Part shown: in pieces, positions 21,233 through 30,859 of the stretch
Layout: each line of letters starts with the position of its first letter
How positions within the stretch are numbered: position 1 is the first letter of the stretch
Assembly (NCBI GenBank): GCA_050012235.1
Contig: JBEKHP010000015.1
Span: 3,007-67,006 of the forward strand
Source of the DNA: Candidatus Acidiferrales bacterium
Lineage (GTDB): Bacteria > Acidobacteriota > Terriglobia > Acidiferrales > UBA7541
DNA: 64,000 bases
Reading direction: 5' to 3'
Program-made: the position numbers and the translations under genes
The notes under the pieces: model-generated
Database searches by the model: none
Seen by the model: only the letters and a program-made list of their open reading frames with translations
Told to the model about the DNA's origin: nothing

Positions 21233-22333
21233 ATGGCGGAAGAAAATCACCGTATCAATTTAACTTTTGACGCAGCTGACGAGTATCGTCCGGAAGCACC
21301 CCCACCACCTGAAATTCCCGCTTGGAAAGACGGCAGCACCCGCATAGGAATCCACACTTCGATTGCCGGCGACCTATCCGGAGCGCTGGAAATAGCCCAC
21401 GGGTTAGGCGCAAACGCACTGCAAATATTTTCCTCCAGCCCGCGGATGTGGGAGCGCGGACCCTCGCGAATTTCGGAGGCGGACGCGACGCGTTTTCGAG
21501 AGCGGCGCAAGGTGCTGGGACTTGGTCCGCTGGTTGTCCACGACAATTATCTGATCAATCTCGCATCGCCGAATCCGGTGTTGCGCACGCGTTCGGTGCA
21601 AGCTTTTCATCAGGAAATTGTGCGCGCGCTGGCGCTCGGGGCGGATTTTCTGGTGGCGCATCCGGGATGCTCCAGGGAAAGCCGTGCGGATGCGGCTGTT
21701 TCTGCGATTGCGCAGGGGTTGAAGCAAGCGGCGCGCGGACTGAAACTCGATGGGCTGGAAATCCTGCTGGAAAATACCGCTGGGCAGGGTACGTCCATGG
21801 GTTCGCGGTTTGAAGAATTGCGGGCGGTTCTTGATGCGGCTTCGGACTTGCCGCTGGGCGTTTGCATTGATACCGCGCACACGTTTGCGGCCGGATGGGA
21901 TATTCGGACGGTTGACGGTTTAGAGAAGACCTTGCAGGCGATCGATCGCACGGTGGGACTTGACCGCGTTCGCGTGGTTCACGTGAACGATTCGAAGACG
22001 CACCTGGGATCTCGCGTTGACCGGCACGAGCATATTGGCAGAGGTAAGATCGGCCTAGAAGCATTCAGCCGGATATTGAATCATCCGTTTCTCGCGGGGC
22101 GGGCGTTTATTCTCGAAACGCCGATTGACAAGTTGGGCGACGACCGCAGAAATGTGGCGGCATTGTGGAAGCTGATCGGAGTGAGTATTCCGGTTACGGG
22201 CGGTCGCGACGGAATGAAGCCGCGGCACAAGAAGGCAAAGAAGAAAAGCGCGAGCAAGAGAGTGAGCGGAGCTAAGGTCGCGTCGAAGAAGCGTCATCGC
22301 AAGAGCGCCAGAAGAAAAACTCGGGGGAAGTGA
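21233..22333 (+). CDS. nfo: Deoxyribonuclease IV (endonuclease IV) with an N-terminal extension and a roughly 45 aa Lys/Arg-rich C-terminal tail
   Basis: Core motifs are [69 protein letters not shown]...DRHEHIG and ILETP. The tail is [38 protein letters not shown]. Confidence 0.92.
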   Translation: MAEENHRINLTFDAADEYRPEAPPPPEIPAWKDGSTRIGIHTSIAGDLSGALEIAHGLGANALQIFSSSPRMWERGPSRISEADATRFRERRKVLGLGPLVVHDNYLINLASPNPVLRTRSVQAFHQEIVRALALGADFLVAHPGCSRESRADAAVSAIAQGLKQAARGLKLDGLEILLENTAGQGTSMGSRFEELRAVLDAASDLPLGVCIDTAHTFAAGWDIRTVDGLEKTLQAIDRTVGLDRVRVVHVNDSKTHLGSRVDRHEHIGRGKIGLEAFSRILNHPFLAGRAFILETPIDKLGDDRRNVAALWKLIGVSIPVTGGRDGMKPRHKKAKKKSASKRVSGAKVASKKRHRKSARRKTRGK

Positions 22334-24837
22334 ACTTGTTCGAATACGATCCGCGCCAAGTCGAGTTGAAGTGGCAAAAAGTGTGGGCGGAGAACAACGC
22401 ATTCCGCGCGGTGGAAGATCCCTCGCGCACAAAGTATTACGTCCTGGAGATGTGGCCTTACCCTTCCGGCACGCTGCACATGGGCCACATGCGGAATTAT
22501 ACGATTGGCGATGCCGTCGCGCGGTACAAGCGAATGTGCGGACTTAACGTGCTGCATCCCATGGGCTGGGATTCGTTTGGGCTGCCGGCGGAGAACGCTG
22601 CGATCAAGAGCGGGACCGCGCCGCGCGAATGGACGAATTCGAATATCGCGCAGATGAAAGCGGTGTGCGAGAGGTTCGGATTCGGGTACGACTGGGAGCG
22701 CGAAATATCGTCGTGCGAGCCGGAATATTATCACTGGAACCAGTGGCTCTTTCTGCGGATGCTGGAGAAGGATTTGGCGTACCGCAAACGCAGCCGGGTG
22801 AATTGGTGTCCGCAGTGCCAAACGGTTCTGGCGAACGAACAGGTAGTCGGCGGCTGCTGTTGGCGTCATGAAACTACCACGGTGGAACCGAAGGAAATCG
22901 AGCAATGGTTTTTGCGCATCACGCATTATTCCGATGCGCTGCTGGAAGGAACGAACGAGCTGGCCGAGGGCTGGCCAGAGCGCGTCCTGGTGCAGCAACG
23001 GAACTGGATCGGCAAATCGCGTGGCACGCGCGTGAAGTTCGGAATCGCGCAGATGCCGGGCGCGGCACTGGAAGTTTTCACTACGCGTGTTGATACGATT
23101 TATGGCGCTTCGGCGATTGTGCTTTCCGCGGGGCATCCGCAACTCGAACGACTGCTCGAAGGCGTGCCGGGACGCGGGGCAATCGAAGGGCAGTTGAAGA
23201 CCATGCGTCACAAGAGCATGCGCGCGGCTGATATTGCCACGGCGGAGAAAGAAGGATTCTTCACCGGACGCTTTGCCGTGAACCCGTTTTCCGGCGGGAA
23301 CATTCCTATTTGGGTGGCGAATTTCGTACTCGCGGATTACGGGACGGGCGCGGTAATGTGCGTGCCGGCGCACGACCAGCGCGACTACGAGTTCGCGGAA
23401 AAATATCATTTGCCGATAAAGATTGTGGTGCAGCCGATCATTGGGCCGCCGGTGCGGCTCGATCGAATGAGCGAAGCTTTTACAGAACACGGGAAACTGG
23501 TGGATTCGGGGCCTTACACAGGGCTTACGTCCGACGAAGCCATTGTGAAAATGGCGGCGGATGCGAAGGCAAAGGATTTCGGTGAGTCCGAGACAACCTA
23601 CCGGCTGAAAGATTGGGGAATTTCGCGGCAGCGCTATTGGGGTACACCGATTCCGGTGGTGTATTGCGAGAAGGACGGCGTCGTCGCGGTGCCGGAAGAC
23701 CAGCTGCCTGTGCGTTTGCCGGAGAACGTGAAGCTCACGGGCGAAGGGCAATCGCCGCTCGCAAGCGTGCCGGAGTTTGTGAATACGACGTGCCCGAAGT
23801 GCGGAGGTCCGGCGCGGCGGGAGACGGACACGATGGATACGTTCGTTGATTCGTCCTGGTATTTCTACCGGTTTACCGATCCGCACGACGGCCGAGCAGC
23901 TTTTGCGAAGGACAAAGCTGCGTACTGGTTTCAGATCGACCAGTATATCGGCGGGATCGAACATGCCATTTTGCATCTGATTTATTCGCGGTTTTTCTGC
24001 AAGGTGATGCATGACCTGGGGATGGTGAAGGAAAACGAGCCGATCAAGAAGCTGTTTTCGCAGGGGATGGTGCACAAAGACGGCGCAGTGATGTCGAAAT
24101 CGAAAGGCAACGTGGTGGGCGCGATGGATATGGCGGACAAATACGGCTGCGATACGGCGCGGATGTACACGCTGTTTGCCGCGCCGCCCGAGCGCGACCT
24201 GGAATGGAGCGAGCAGGGAATTGAAGGCTGCTCGCGGTTTCTGAACAAAGCATATCGGCTGATCGCGAAACACGCTGACCAAGTTCGCGGCATTGAAACC
24301 GACCTGAACATGAAAACGGATTTTGCCAGCGCTACGGCAAAAGAGAAATTACTGGTGCGGAAAGCGCATAAGACGCTGAAGCGCGTGACCAACGATTTCG
24401 AGGTGCGCTGGCATTTTAATTCTTCGGTGGCGCTGATTATGGAGCTGCTGAACGAACTGCAGGGGCAGGAGCCGCTGGATGTGGAAGTCTCGCCGATGGT
24501 TCTGAAGCGCGTGCTGGAGATACTGGTGCTGATGCTTTCACCTATTACGCCTCATATCGCGGAGGAGCTTTGGGAGAAGCTTGGGCACCCGACCGGACTT
24601 ATGAACGTGAAGTGGCCAGCGTACCGCGAAGATCTGACGCGCGAAGAGCAAGTTGAGGTGATTATCCAAATCAATGGACGTTTGCGCGGGAAGATTCTCG
24701 TAGATGATGGTTTTAGCGGCGACGAAACCATTAATCAGGCGCTGAAGGATCCGCGCATTTCCGTTCTGATTGCAGGCAAAGAAATTCTGAAAACGATAGT
24801 GGTGCCGAAGAAACTCGTGAATATTGTTCTGAGATAG
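22330..24837 (+). CDS. leuS: Leucine--tRNA ligase
   Basis: 835 aa. HMGH class I signature ([15 protein letters not shown]) and KMSKS (VMSKSKGN). The GTG start overlaps the nfo stop (GTGA). Confidence 0.98.
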   Translation: MNLFEYDPRQVELKWQKVWAENNAFRAVEDPSRTKYYVLEMWPYPSGTLHMGHMRNYTIGDAVARYKRMCGLNVLHPMGWDSFGLPAENAAIKSGTAPREWTNSNIAQMKAVCERFGFGYDWEREISSCEPEYYHWNQWLFLRMLEKDLAYRKRSRVNWCPQCQTVLANEQVVGGCCWRHETTTVEPKEIEQWFLRITHYSDALLEGTNELAEGWPERVLVQQRNWIGKSRGTRVKFGIAQMPGAALEVFTTRVDTIYGASAIVLSAGHPQLERLLEGVPGRGAIEGQLKTMRHKSMRAADIATAEKEGFFTGRFAVNPFSGGNIPIWVANFVLADYGTGAVMCVPAHDQRDYEFAEKYHLPIKIVVQPIIGPPVRLDRMSEAFTEHGKLVDSGPYTGLTSDEAIVKMAADAKAKDFGESETTYRLKDWGISRQRYWGTPIPVVYCEKDGVVAVPEDQLPVRLPENVKLTGEGQSPLASVPEFVNTTCPKCGGPARRETDTMDTFVDSSWYFYRFTDPHDGRAAFAKDKAAYWFQIDQYIGGIEHAILHLIYSRFFCKVMHDLGMVKENEPIKKLFSQGMVHKDGAVMSKSKGNVVGAMDMADKYGCDTARMYTLFAAPPERDLEWSEQGIEGCSRFLNKAYRLIAKHADQVRGIETDLNMKTDFASATAKEKLLVRKAHKTLKRVTNDFEVRWHFNSSVALIMELLNELQGQEPLDVEVSPMVLKRVLEILVLMLSPITPHIAEELWEKLGHPTGLMNVKWPAYREDLTREEQVEVIIQINGRLRGKILVDDGFSGDETINQALKDPRISVLIAGKEILKTIVVPKKLVNIVLR

Positions 24838-24851
24838 CCCTAGGCGGAACT

Positions 24852-26474
24852 ATGACTACAGGCAGCAGCGCGGTGCCGGTCAAATCCGGCGAACAGAGCG
24901 AGAAGACGGGAGGCATCGTGAGCACACGACATGGCATCGTCGTCCTCGATTTCGGCGGGCAATATACGCAACTGATTGCGCGCCGCATCCGCGAACAGCA
25001 AGTATTCTCCGCGATTCTGCCTTGCACTGCGAACATTGAAGAGATTCGCGCGCTTGAACCCGCGGGTATCGTGCTGTCGGGCGGGCCTAGTTCCGTCTAT
25101 GACGCGACCGCGCCGATCTGCGATCCTAAAGTTTTGCAACTGGACGTTCCGGTTCTGGGGATTTGCTACGGAATGCAGTGGATGGCGCATACGCTCGGAG
25201 GAAAAGTGGAACCAGCCGAGCGGCGCGAGTACGGCCGTGCGGAGATTACGATCGAGAACGGCTCGAAGCTTTTCGCCGATATTCCGAGCTGCTTCAAAAT
25301 TTGGAACAGCCACGGCGATCACGTCGTCGGAGTTCCTGCGGGTTTCAGCGTCACCGGGCGCACCGACAACGCCATAGGGGCGGTGGAGAATGCGGCCAAG
25401 AAATTATACGGCGTGGAGTTTCATCCCGAGGTCAACCACACGGAACGCGGCACGGAAATTCTGAACAACTTCATTTTTCAAATTTGCGGTGCAAAACAAA
25501 ACTGGGATCGCGCCGGATTTATCGCCTCGATGGTCGAGTCGATTAGAAAGCAGGCGGAAGGCAGCCGGGCCATCTGCGCGCTCAGCGGGGGAGTGGATTC
25601 TGCAGTAGCGGCGGCGTTGGTCCATCGAGCGATCGGCGACCGGCTCACGAACGTGTTCGTGGACAACGGCCTGCTGCGGCGGAATGAGTTTGGCGACACG
25701 CTGGAGCTTTTGCGCTCGCGCCTGGGATTAAACGTGATTGGCGTGGATGCTTCCGACCGCTTTCTCGGCCGGCTAAAGGGAATCACGGACCCGGAAGAAA
25801 AGCGCAAGCGGATTGGCGGAGAGTTCATCAACGTATTCGTGGAGGAAGCGAAAAAGCTCACGGAATCGTCGCAGGACCTTCCGGTGAAATTCCTGGTGCA
25901 GGGAACTCTTTACCCCGACGTGATCGAATCCGTGTCAGTGAAGGGTCCTTCGGCAGTGATCAAGACTCACCACAATGTCGGCGGACTTCCGGCGAACATG
26001 CCTTTCAAGCTGATAGAACCTCTGCGCGATTTATTTAAGGATGAGGTGCGGCTGATCGGCCGCGAACTGGGTCTGCCGGAGGAAATTCTGATCAAGCATC
26101 CGTTTCCCGGACCTGGGCTGGCCGTGCGGCTCCTCGGCGAAGTTTCGCGCGAGCGGCTTGATACGCTGCGGGCCGCGGACGCAGTCGTGGTGGAGGAGAT
26201 TCGGCGCGCGGGCCTGTACGGAAAGGTTTGGCAGGCTTTTGCAGTTCTTTTGCCGGTGCAGAGTGTGGGCGTGATGGGGGACGGCCGGACGTACGGGTAT
26301 ACTATCGCGGTGCGTGTGGTGAACTCGCAGGATGCGATGACGGCCGACTGGGCTCGGCTGCCGCATGAAGTGCTCGAGCGAATTTCGCTGCGCGTCGTAA
26401 ACGAAGTTCCCGGCGTGAACCGGGTGGTTTACGACATCAGCTCAAAGCCGCCGAGCACGATTGAATGGGAGTAG
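24852..26474 (+). CDS. guaA: Glutamine-hydrolysing GMP synthase
   Basis: GATase domain [18 protein letters not shown]...GICYGMQ, ATP-PPase P-loop SGGVDSAV, and C-terminal ...PPSTIEWE. The 25 aa N-terminal extension may mean the true start is the internal GTG near 24918. Confidence 0.97.
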   Translation: MTTGSSAVPVKSGEQSEKTGGIVSTRHGIVVLDFGGQYTQLIARRIREQQVFSAILPCTANIEEIRALEPAGIVLSGGPSSVYDATAPICDPKVLQLDVPVLGICYGMQWMAHTLGGKVEPAERREYGRAEITIENGSKLFADIPSCFKIWNSHGDHVVGVPAGFSVTGRTDNAIGAVENAAKKLYGVEFHPEVNHTERGTEILNNFIFQICGAKQNWDRAGFIASMVESIRKQAEGSRAICALSGGVDSAVAAALVHRAIGDRLTNVFVDNGLLRRNEFGDTLELLRSRLGLNVIGVDASDRFLGRLKGITDPEEKRKRIGGEFINVFVEEAKKLTESSQDLPVKFLVQGTLYPDVIESVSVKGPSAVIKTHHNVGGLPANMPFKLIEPLRDLFKDEVRLIGRELGLPEEILIKHPFPGPGLAVRLLGEVSRERLDTLRAADAVVVEEIRRAGLYGKVWQAFAVLLPVQSVGVMGDGRTYGYTIAVRVVNSQDAMTADWARLPHEVLERISLRVVNEVPGVNRVVYDISSKPPSTIEWE

Positions 26475-26496
26475 AAAGAGACAAACCGCAAAGAAA

Positions 26497-26522
26497 GTTT
26501 TTTCCGGATAAAAGGAAAAAAC
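26497..26522. terminator. A/T-rich hairpin between convergent guaA and the XRE gene; possible bidirectional terminator
   Basis: GTTTTTTCC-ggataaaa-GGAAAAAAC is a perfect 9 bp stem. It has flanking T and A runs on either strand and lies exactly in the 47 nt convergent gap. Confidence 0.4.
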
Positions 26523-26893
26523 TAGCGGTTGGCCATCTTCTGGGCCATGTAAAGCAAAAGCCGGCGGTCGCCGTCATCAACACGGCTTAGCAACCGACGG
26601 AAGCGGCCCAGGAGCCGCGCCTCTTTTCCCTTGCTTCCCCACGCGATATCGTCTGCGGTCTTCCGCTTCGGAAGATTCGGCAACACAGGCGGTTCCTCGC
26701 CGTCGTAGAATAGCTGGTACAGGGGAATTTCCATGGCCCGGGCCAGCTTTTCCAACGTCTCGATTGCCGGAACGGTGTGGCCGTTCTCGACGCGCGAGAT
26801 GTAACAGCGAAGAAGTCCTGTGCGCTTTTCGATGTCGCCTTGAGAAAGTTTTTTCGTTTCGCGCAAAAGACGGATACGTTCTCCGATTATCAT
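26522..26893 (-). CDS. XRE-family helix-turn-helix transcriptional regulator
   Basis: IGERIRLLRETKKLSQGDIEKRTGLLRCYISRVENGHTVPAIETLEKLARAMEIPLYQLF is a classic Cro/C1 HTH. ATG 26893 is preferred over the ORF-track TTG 26929. Confidence 0.88.
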   Translation of the reverse strand: MIIGERIRLLRETKKLSQGDIEKRTGLLRCYISRVENGHTVPAIETLEKLARAMEIPLYQLFYDGEEPPVLPNLPKRKTADDIAWGSKGKEARLLGRFRRLLSRVDDGDRRLLLYMAQKMANR

Positions 26894-27069
26894 GGCGGGT
26901 ATTGTTGCATGGACTACTGCCTCTCGCAAGGGCGAATCTTTATAAGGCGAAACATTTTGCAGGGGATTGACCGGGAGTCAGTACTATGAGTTTATGTATC
27001 AGAAGGGTGCATTCGTGGACCTTGGGCCATTCCAGGATATAGGCGTTTATTCGGCGTAACCAAAACCGT

Positions 27070-27762
27070 ATGGCAGACGTCCCAAAGAGTATGGCAGCAG
27101 GCGCGTCGGCGATCTCGCTTCCGGCCCGTGCGAGAAAGCGGGAAGAAGAAGCGGAGCTCGTCCGCCTGGCTCAGAGCGGTGAAGAGGCCGCGTTTGAGGA
27201 ACTCATTCGCCGGCACCAGCAGCGCGTTTTCGGCCTGGTGAACGGGATTTTGCGCCGCCGGGAAGACGTGGAAGATGTGGTGCAGCAAGTGTTTTTGAAG
27301 GTGTTTATCTCGATAAAACGCTTCGATTTGCGCGCGGCGTTTTCGACCTGGCTTTATAAGATTACGGTAAATGAGTGCTGGGATTATTTGAGGAAGAAGA
27401 AGGTTCGGCCGCTGGTTTACGAGACCGACCTTTCCGAGGAGCAGGTCTCGCGGCTGGATGGCGTGGTTTCAGCCGAACGCCCGCCGGAAAGTCCGGCGCG
27501 CCGCGCGGAAACGAAGGATCTGCTGGAGCAGTTGCTGGACGAACTGCCGGAGCGAGACCGGGAATTGCTGGTGCTAAAGGAAGTGGAAGGGTTTTCGGTG
27601 CAAGAGTTGGCGGAGATGCTGGAATTGAACGTCAACACGGTGAAGGTGCGGCTGTTTCGTGTCCGCGCGCGGCTGATGGATGTTTACCATCGCCGCGTGG
27701 ATCTCCACCCGGATCTTTCGGCCGCAAAGGGAAGGAGCAAAACCGATGGAAGCAAGATTTAA
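27070..27762 (+). CDS. ECF (sigma-70 family group 4) RNA polymerase sigma factor
   Basis: Region 2 is FEELIRRHQQRVFGLVNGILRRREDVEDVVQQVFLKVF...FSTWLYKITVNECWDYLRKKK. Region 4 is LPERDRELLVLKEVEGFSVQELAEMLELNVNTVKVRLFRVRARL. Confidence 0.93.
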   Translation: MADVPKSMAAGASAISLPARARKREEEAELVRLAQSGEEAAFEELIRRHQQRVFGLVNGILRRREDVEDVVQQVFLKVFISIKRFDLRAAFSTWLYKITVNECWDYLRKKKVRPLVYETDLSEEQVSRLDGVVSAERPPESPARRAETKDLLEQLLDELPERDRELLVLKEVEGFSVQELAEMLELNVNTVKVRLFRVRARLMDVYHRRVDLHPDLSAAKGRSKTDGSKI

Positions 27763-28249
27763 CCAAGGTGCGTGTCCGGAATTTGAAGCGCTGCTGGAAG
27801 ACCATCTCACGGGTGAACTGAGCGGCGCGGATGCGAAGAAATTAGCGGAGCACCTGGAAAGCTGCGCCGCCTGCAGTATTGCCCTGGAACAAGCCGCTCC
27901 GAGCGTGGAACTGTTGCGCGCTGTGCCGGCGACGGCGGATCCTGGTCCGGGGTTTTCGCGCGTGGTGATGGCGCGGATTCGAGAGGAAATGTCCAAGCGG
28001 GGCGAGCAGAAATCCATCTGGCTGCCGTTCGTTTCGCTGGCGTGGCGGTTTGCGGCCACGGCGACGCTAGCTCTGGCGGTGCTGGTGACGTTTGACGCCG
28101 TCAGGCACAGCCAGTACGGGCCGCAGACGAACTTAAACTATGAGACGGTGAGTGAAACGCGCGATTTGTTTCCTGACCCTTCGAGCCCTCCGGCGAATCG
28201 CGACGAGGTTTTAATGATGGTGGCGGACACGGATCATGGAAAACACTAA
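27746..28249 (+). CDS. Anti-sigma factor (zf-HC2 type, single-pass membrane)
   Basis: MEARFNQGACPEFEALLEDHLTGEL...HLESCAACSIAL is an H-x3-C-x2-C zinc motif. One central TM helix. ATG 27746 follows GAAGGAG and overlaps the sigma gene end by 17 nt. Confidence 0.8.
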   Translation: MEARFNQGACPEFEALLEDHLTGELSGADAKKLAEHLESCAACSIALEQAAPSVELLRAVPATADPGPGFSRVVMARIREEMSKRGEQKSIWLPFVSLAWRFAATATLALAVLVTFDAVRHSQYGPQTNLNYETVSETRDLFPDPSSPPANRDEVLMMVADTDHGKH

Positions 28250-28640
28250 GAAACGCGGCGAAGCCGCAGTTCTGGTTCTTGTAGTATTCCTGCTGGGCGC
28301 GCTCCTTGGCGGAGTGGGGAACCACTTATGGGACGAGCGTGTGTGGGGCAAGCAAACCATAAACACGCAGCCCACGCGCAATGAGATTGTCGCTAAATTA
28401 ACGACGGATCTGCAGCTAACTCCGGATCAGCAACAACAGCTGGGTGCCATCGTGGACGACACGCGCGCTCAATGGCGAACGCTTTACACTACGATTGAAC
28501 CGCGCCACGAGCAGATACGGCAGCAGAGCCGGGATCGCATCCGCGCGATACTCACGCCGGAGCAGAAACCTAAATTCGAGCAATTCATGCATCAAATCGA
28601 CGAGCAGCGCAAGAAAGACGATCAGCAGTTGCCGCGCTAG
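28236..28640 (+). CDS. Periplasmic LTXXQ-motif protein (Spy/CpxP-like), third gene of the ECF operon
   Basis: N-terminal TM/signal segment, LTPDQQQQL and LTPEQKPKF repeats. Overlaps the anti-sigma gene end. Confidence 0.75.
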   Translation: MENTKKRGEAAVLVLVVFLLGALLGGVGNHLWDERVWGKQTINTQPTRNEIVAKLTTDLQLTPDQQQQLGAIVDDTRAQWRTLYTTIEPRHEQIRQQSRDRIRAILTPEQKPKFEQFMHQIDEQRKKDDQQLPR

Positions 28641-28659
28641 CCGCGTTCGCGAAACCAGC

Positions 28660-29139
28660 CTAGAAGGGAATATCTTCGTCCGAAATTTCCGGCCCTGAAG
28701 CGGGGTGCTCTTCGAGCATTGGTCCGCCTTCCATGTCCGGGTCGCTAGGCCGCGATTGGGTGCCACCACCATGACTAGCGCCGGCTCCCGCTGCTGCTGC
28801 AGCGCCGTCGGCTCGTCCTCCGAGCATGCGGAAATTATTCGCGACGATTTCGAAGCTGGTGCGTTTCTGGCCTTCTTTGTCCTGCCATTCGCGCGATTGA
28901 ATGCGGCCTTCGACGAAGATCAACGAGCCTTTTTTCAGGTACTGCTGCGCAATTTCCGCTTGTTTGCCCCATACGACGATCTTGTGCCATTCGGTGCGCT
29001 TCTGGCGTTCGCCACTTTTGTCTTTGTAGGTTTCATCGGTGGCCAAAGAAAAATTGGCAACCGCCTGCCCGCCTCCGGTATAGCGGGTTTCCGGATCCCG
29101 GCCCAAACGTCCGACAAGAATTACTTTGTTGACTGACAT
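28660..29139 (-). CDS. ssb: Single-stranded DNA-binding protein
   Basis: OB fold MSVNKVILVGRLGRDPETRYT...TEWHKIVVWGKQAEIAQQYLKKGSLIFVEGRIQSREW, a Gly/Ala-rich linker, and an acidic tip SDEDIPF. Confidence 0.97.
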   Translation of the reverse strand: MSVNKVILVGRLGRDPETRYTGGGQAVANFSLATDETYKDKSGERQKRTEWHKIVVWGKQAEIAQQYLKKGSLIFVEGRIQSREWQDKEGQKRTSFEIVANNFRMLGGRADGAAAAAGAGASHGGGTQSRPSDPDMEGGPMLEEHPASGPEISDEDIPF

Positions 29140-29208
29140 AGTTGTGTCACCTGTTTACAGAATTTTCGAAGATGTCGCGAGTATAGCTTAAGTAACCTTA
29201 CAGAGAGC

Positions 29209-29235
29209 AAAAAAAGTCCGCCGAAGCAGGCGGGC
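29209..29235 (-). terminator. Rho-independent terminator-like hairpin on the minus strand, just upstream of the ssb promoter region
   Basis: The minus strand reads GCCCGCC-tgcttc-GGCGGAC followed by TTTTTTT (plus-strand A7 at 29209-29215). No minus-strand CDS ends nearby. Confidence 0.5.
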
Positions 29236-29310
29236 GCTGTACGGAAAACAGGCTCTGAAATCGAGGAGCGCGGGTGCCCTCGCCCAAGAGAAGTGCTGCT
29301 GCGCGAAGTC

Positions 29311-29319
29311 TGCTAGAAT
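29311..29319 (+). promoter_or_regulatory. Extended -10 element TGCTAGAAT upstream of the 29336 membrane-protein gene
   Basis: TGnTAGAAT sits 17 nt upstream of the TTG at 29336. Confidence 0.3.
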
Positions 29320-29335
29320 TCTGCCGGAACATCGA

Positions 29336-29785
29336 TTGAATGCAACGGAGGATACGGTGGCACAAAATTTCGAGAATCACACCAAGATTGTTCCCGCTTT
29401 CCACTACTTCGTTTTGCCGGTGCTCGCGGCCAACCTGGTCTGGTCCATAGTTCGCGCGTGGAACTTTTTTTCGACTGGCACGGTTATCTCGGCGCTCGTG
29501 GCTGCCGCCTTGGTCATGCTCGCGCTGCTCGGACGCATGTTTTCTCTGACGGTGCAAGACCGCGTAATCCGGCTGGAAATGCAATTGCGTTTGCAAAATG
29601 TTCTGCCGCCGGATTTGCGAGAGCGGATTGCTGAGTTCAACGTGGCGCAACTCGTGTCGATGCGTTTTGAAAGCGATGCGGAACTCCCGGAGCTCGCGCG
29701 CAAGGTGCTGGATGAGCATCTCACGGACCGAAAAGTCATAAAGAAACTCGTGAAGAACTGGCAGCCCGACTTGCTGCGGGCGTGA
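29336..29785 (+). CDS. Conserved-looking two-TM membrane protein of unknown function
   Basis: Sequence is ...QNFENHTKIVPAFHYFVLPVLAANLVWSIV...ALVAAALVMLALLGRMFSLTVQDRVIRLEMQLRL.... The start is TTG 29336 or GTG 29357 (after GGAGGA). No family assignment is possible from motifs alone. Confidence 0.65.
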   Translation: MNATEDTVAQNFENHTKIVPAFHYFVLPVLAANLVWSIVRAWNFFSTGTVISALVAAALVMLALLGRMFSLTVQDRVIRLEMQLRLQNVLPPDLRERIAEFNVAQLVSMRFESDAELPELARKVLDEHLTDRKVIKKLVKNWQPDLLRA

Positions 29786-29796
29786 TCGCTTCCCAA

Positions 29797-30750
29797 TTAG
29801 TGTGCTGGTGCGCGTGGCGCGGTGGAAGCGCCGAGTTCCTTGAGCTTGGCCTGCGCGCGGCGCGCTTCGTCAGAGCCGGGGAATCGGCGGAGAACTTCGC
29901 GAAGGTCGCGTATCCCGGTGGACTTCATTCCCAATTCGATCTCCGCGAAGGCCTTCTTCAACTGTGCGGCGGCGAGCTTAAAGCTCTTGGGATAATTGCC
30001 GATGACGATTTCATACTGCGCGATGGCGTCCTGGTAATCTCCCTGGGCGTAAGATATTTCCCCGAGATAGAACTGGGCGTTGGAGGCCAAATCGTTTGCG
30101 GGGAAGTTCTTGGCGTAGTCGCTGAACTCCTGGCGTGCAAGATCGTACTTTCCGGTACTGAAATCGCGCAGGGCGTTTTGATAAAGCGTGTCGGCGGAAA
30201 CAGCGGGCATCGAAGGAACGGGATTCGCGGCTTGTGGAGCTTGCGAATATCCAGCGTTCGGCTGCGACTGTTGCGCGGAACCCGGCGGCACGGAATAGCC
30301 ACTTTGCGGGGCCGACACTCCACCTGAGATTTTTCCGTCGATACTTTGCAGCAGACCTTGGATGTCGTTCATCTGCTGCCCAAGTTTCGCCACGCGCGCC
30401 TGAACGTCCTGCATGTTGTCGGAAAGGCCTTGGGTCTGCGTGCTCATGGTGTCGATGCGCGAGCCGCTATTTGCGGTGGCTTCCTGCACGCTCTTTTGCA
30501 GCACGCCCATTTGCGAATTCAACTGGTTTGTGGCATCGAGGGATTGCTGCACCAGGGTTCGCAGCGTCGCGTTGTTGGTGTCGATTGCGCTGCGGAGGTC
30601 TCTTTGCCCCTGTAGGAGCTGCGACACTTGTTCTTGCAGTTGAATCATGTCTTTCGAAACCGCGCCGGTGGGCTTGGCGGTGAGCATTGCGCCGCCGAGA
30701 GCGCCGACTAGTACTGCTGCGAGTGCGAGCACGAGCCATCGTGTGCGCAA
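29797..30750 (-). CDS. cpoB: Tol-Pal system protein CpoB/YbgF
   Basis: Signal peptide, a coiled-coil N-terminal half, a Q/P-rich linker, and a C-terminal TPR block LYQNALRDFSTGKYDLARQEFSDYAKNFP...AQFYLGEISYAQGDYQDAI. Position downstream of pal. Confidence 0.88.
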   Translation of the reverse strand: MRTRWLVLALAAVLVGALGGAMLTAKPTGAVSKDMIQLQEQVSQLLQGQRDLRSAIDTNNATLRTLVQQSLDATNQLNSQMGVLQKSVQEATANSGSRIDTMSTQTQGLSDNMQDVQARVAKLGQQMNDIQGLLQSIDGKISGGVSAPQSGYSVPPGSAQQSQPNAGYSQAPQAANPVPSMPAVSADTLYQNALRDFSTGKYDLARQEFSDYAKNFPANDLASNAQFYLGEISYAQGDYQDAIAQYEIVIGNYPKSFKLAAAQLKKAFAEIELGMKSTGIRDLREVLRRFPGSDEARRAQAKLKELGASTAPRAPAH

Positions 30751-30859
30751 AGGGAGCCTCCTTAATGTCTCTGTTCGATCTTTTGTTGAAATTGCCGGGC
30801 GGCCCGTGGAACGCCGGAGCCGCCCGTAATTTTAGATTGCCGTTTGTACAGCTGAATGA

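Noticed and set aside
21977-21988. Perfect palindrome GTTCACGTGAAC (parS-like core) inside nfo, and a half-site GTTTCACGTG at 43712-43721 inside parB
   Set aside because: The first matches only about 13/16 of the TGTTNCACGTGAAACA consensus and lies in a conserved coding motif (VHVND). The second lacks the right arm. Neither is sufficient to call a parS site.
22294-24282. Very long antisense ORFs opposite housekeeping genes (for example 662 aa opposite leuS, 245 aa opposite carB at 13864-14601, 244 aa opposite the M13 peptidase, 267 aa opposite miaB, 240 aa opposite parA)
   Set aside because: Their products are extremely Arg/His/Pro/Leu-rich with no motifs. They mirror genes that have unambiguous family signatures on the other strand. 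They are shadow frames caused by the G/C-ending codon bias.
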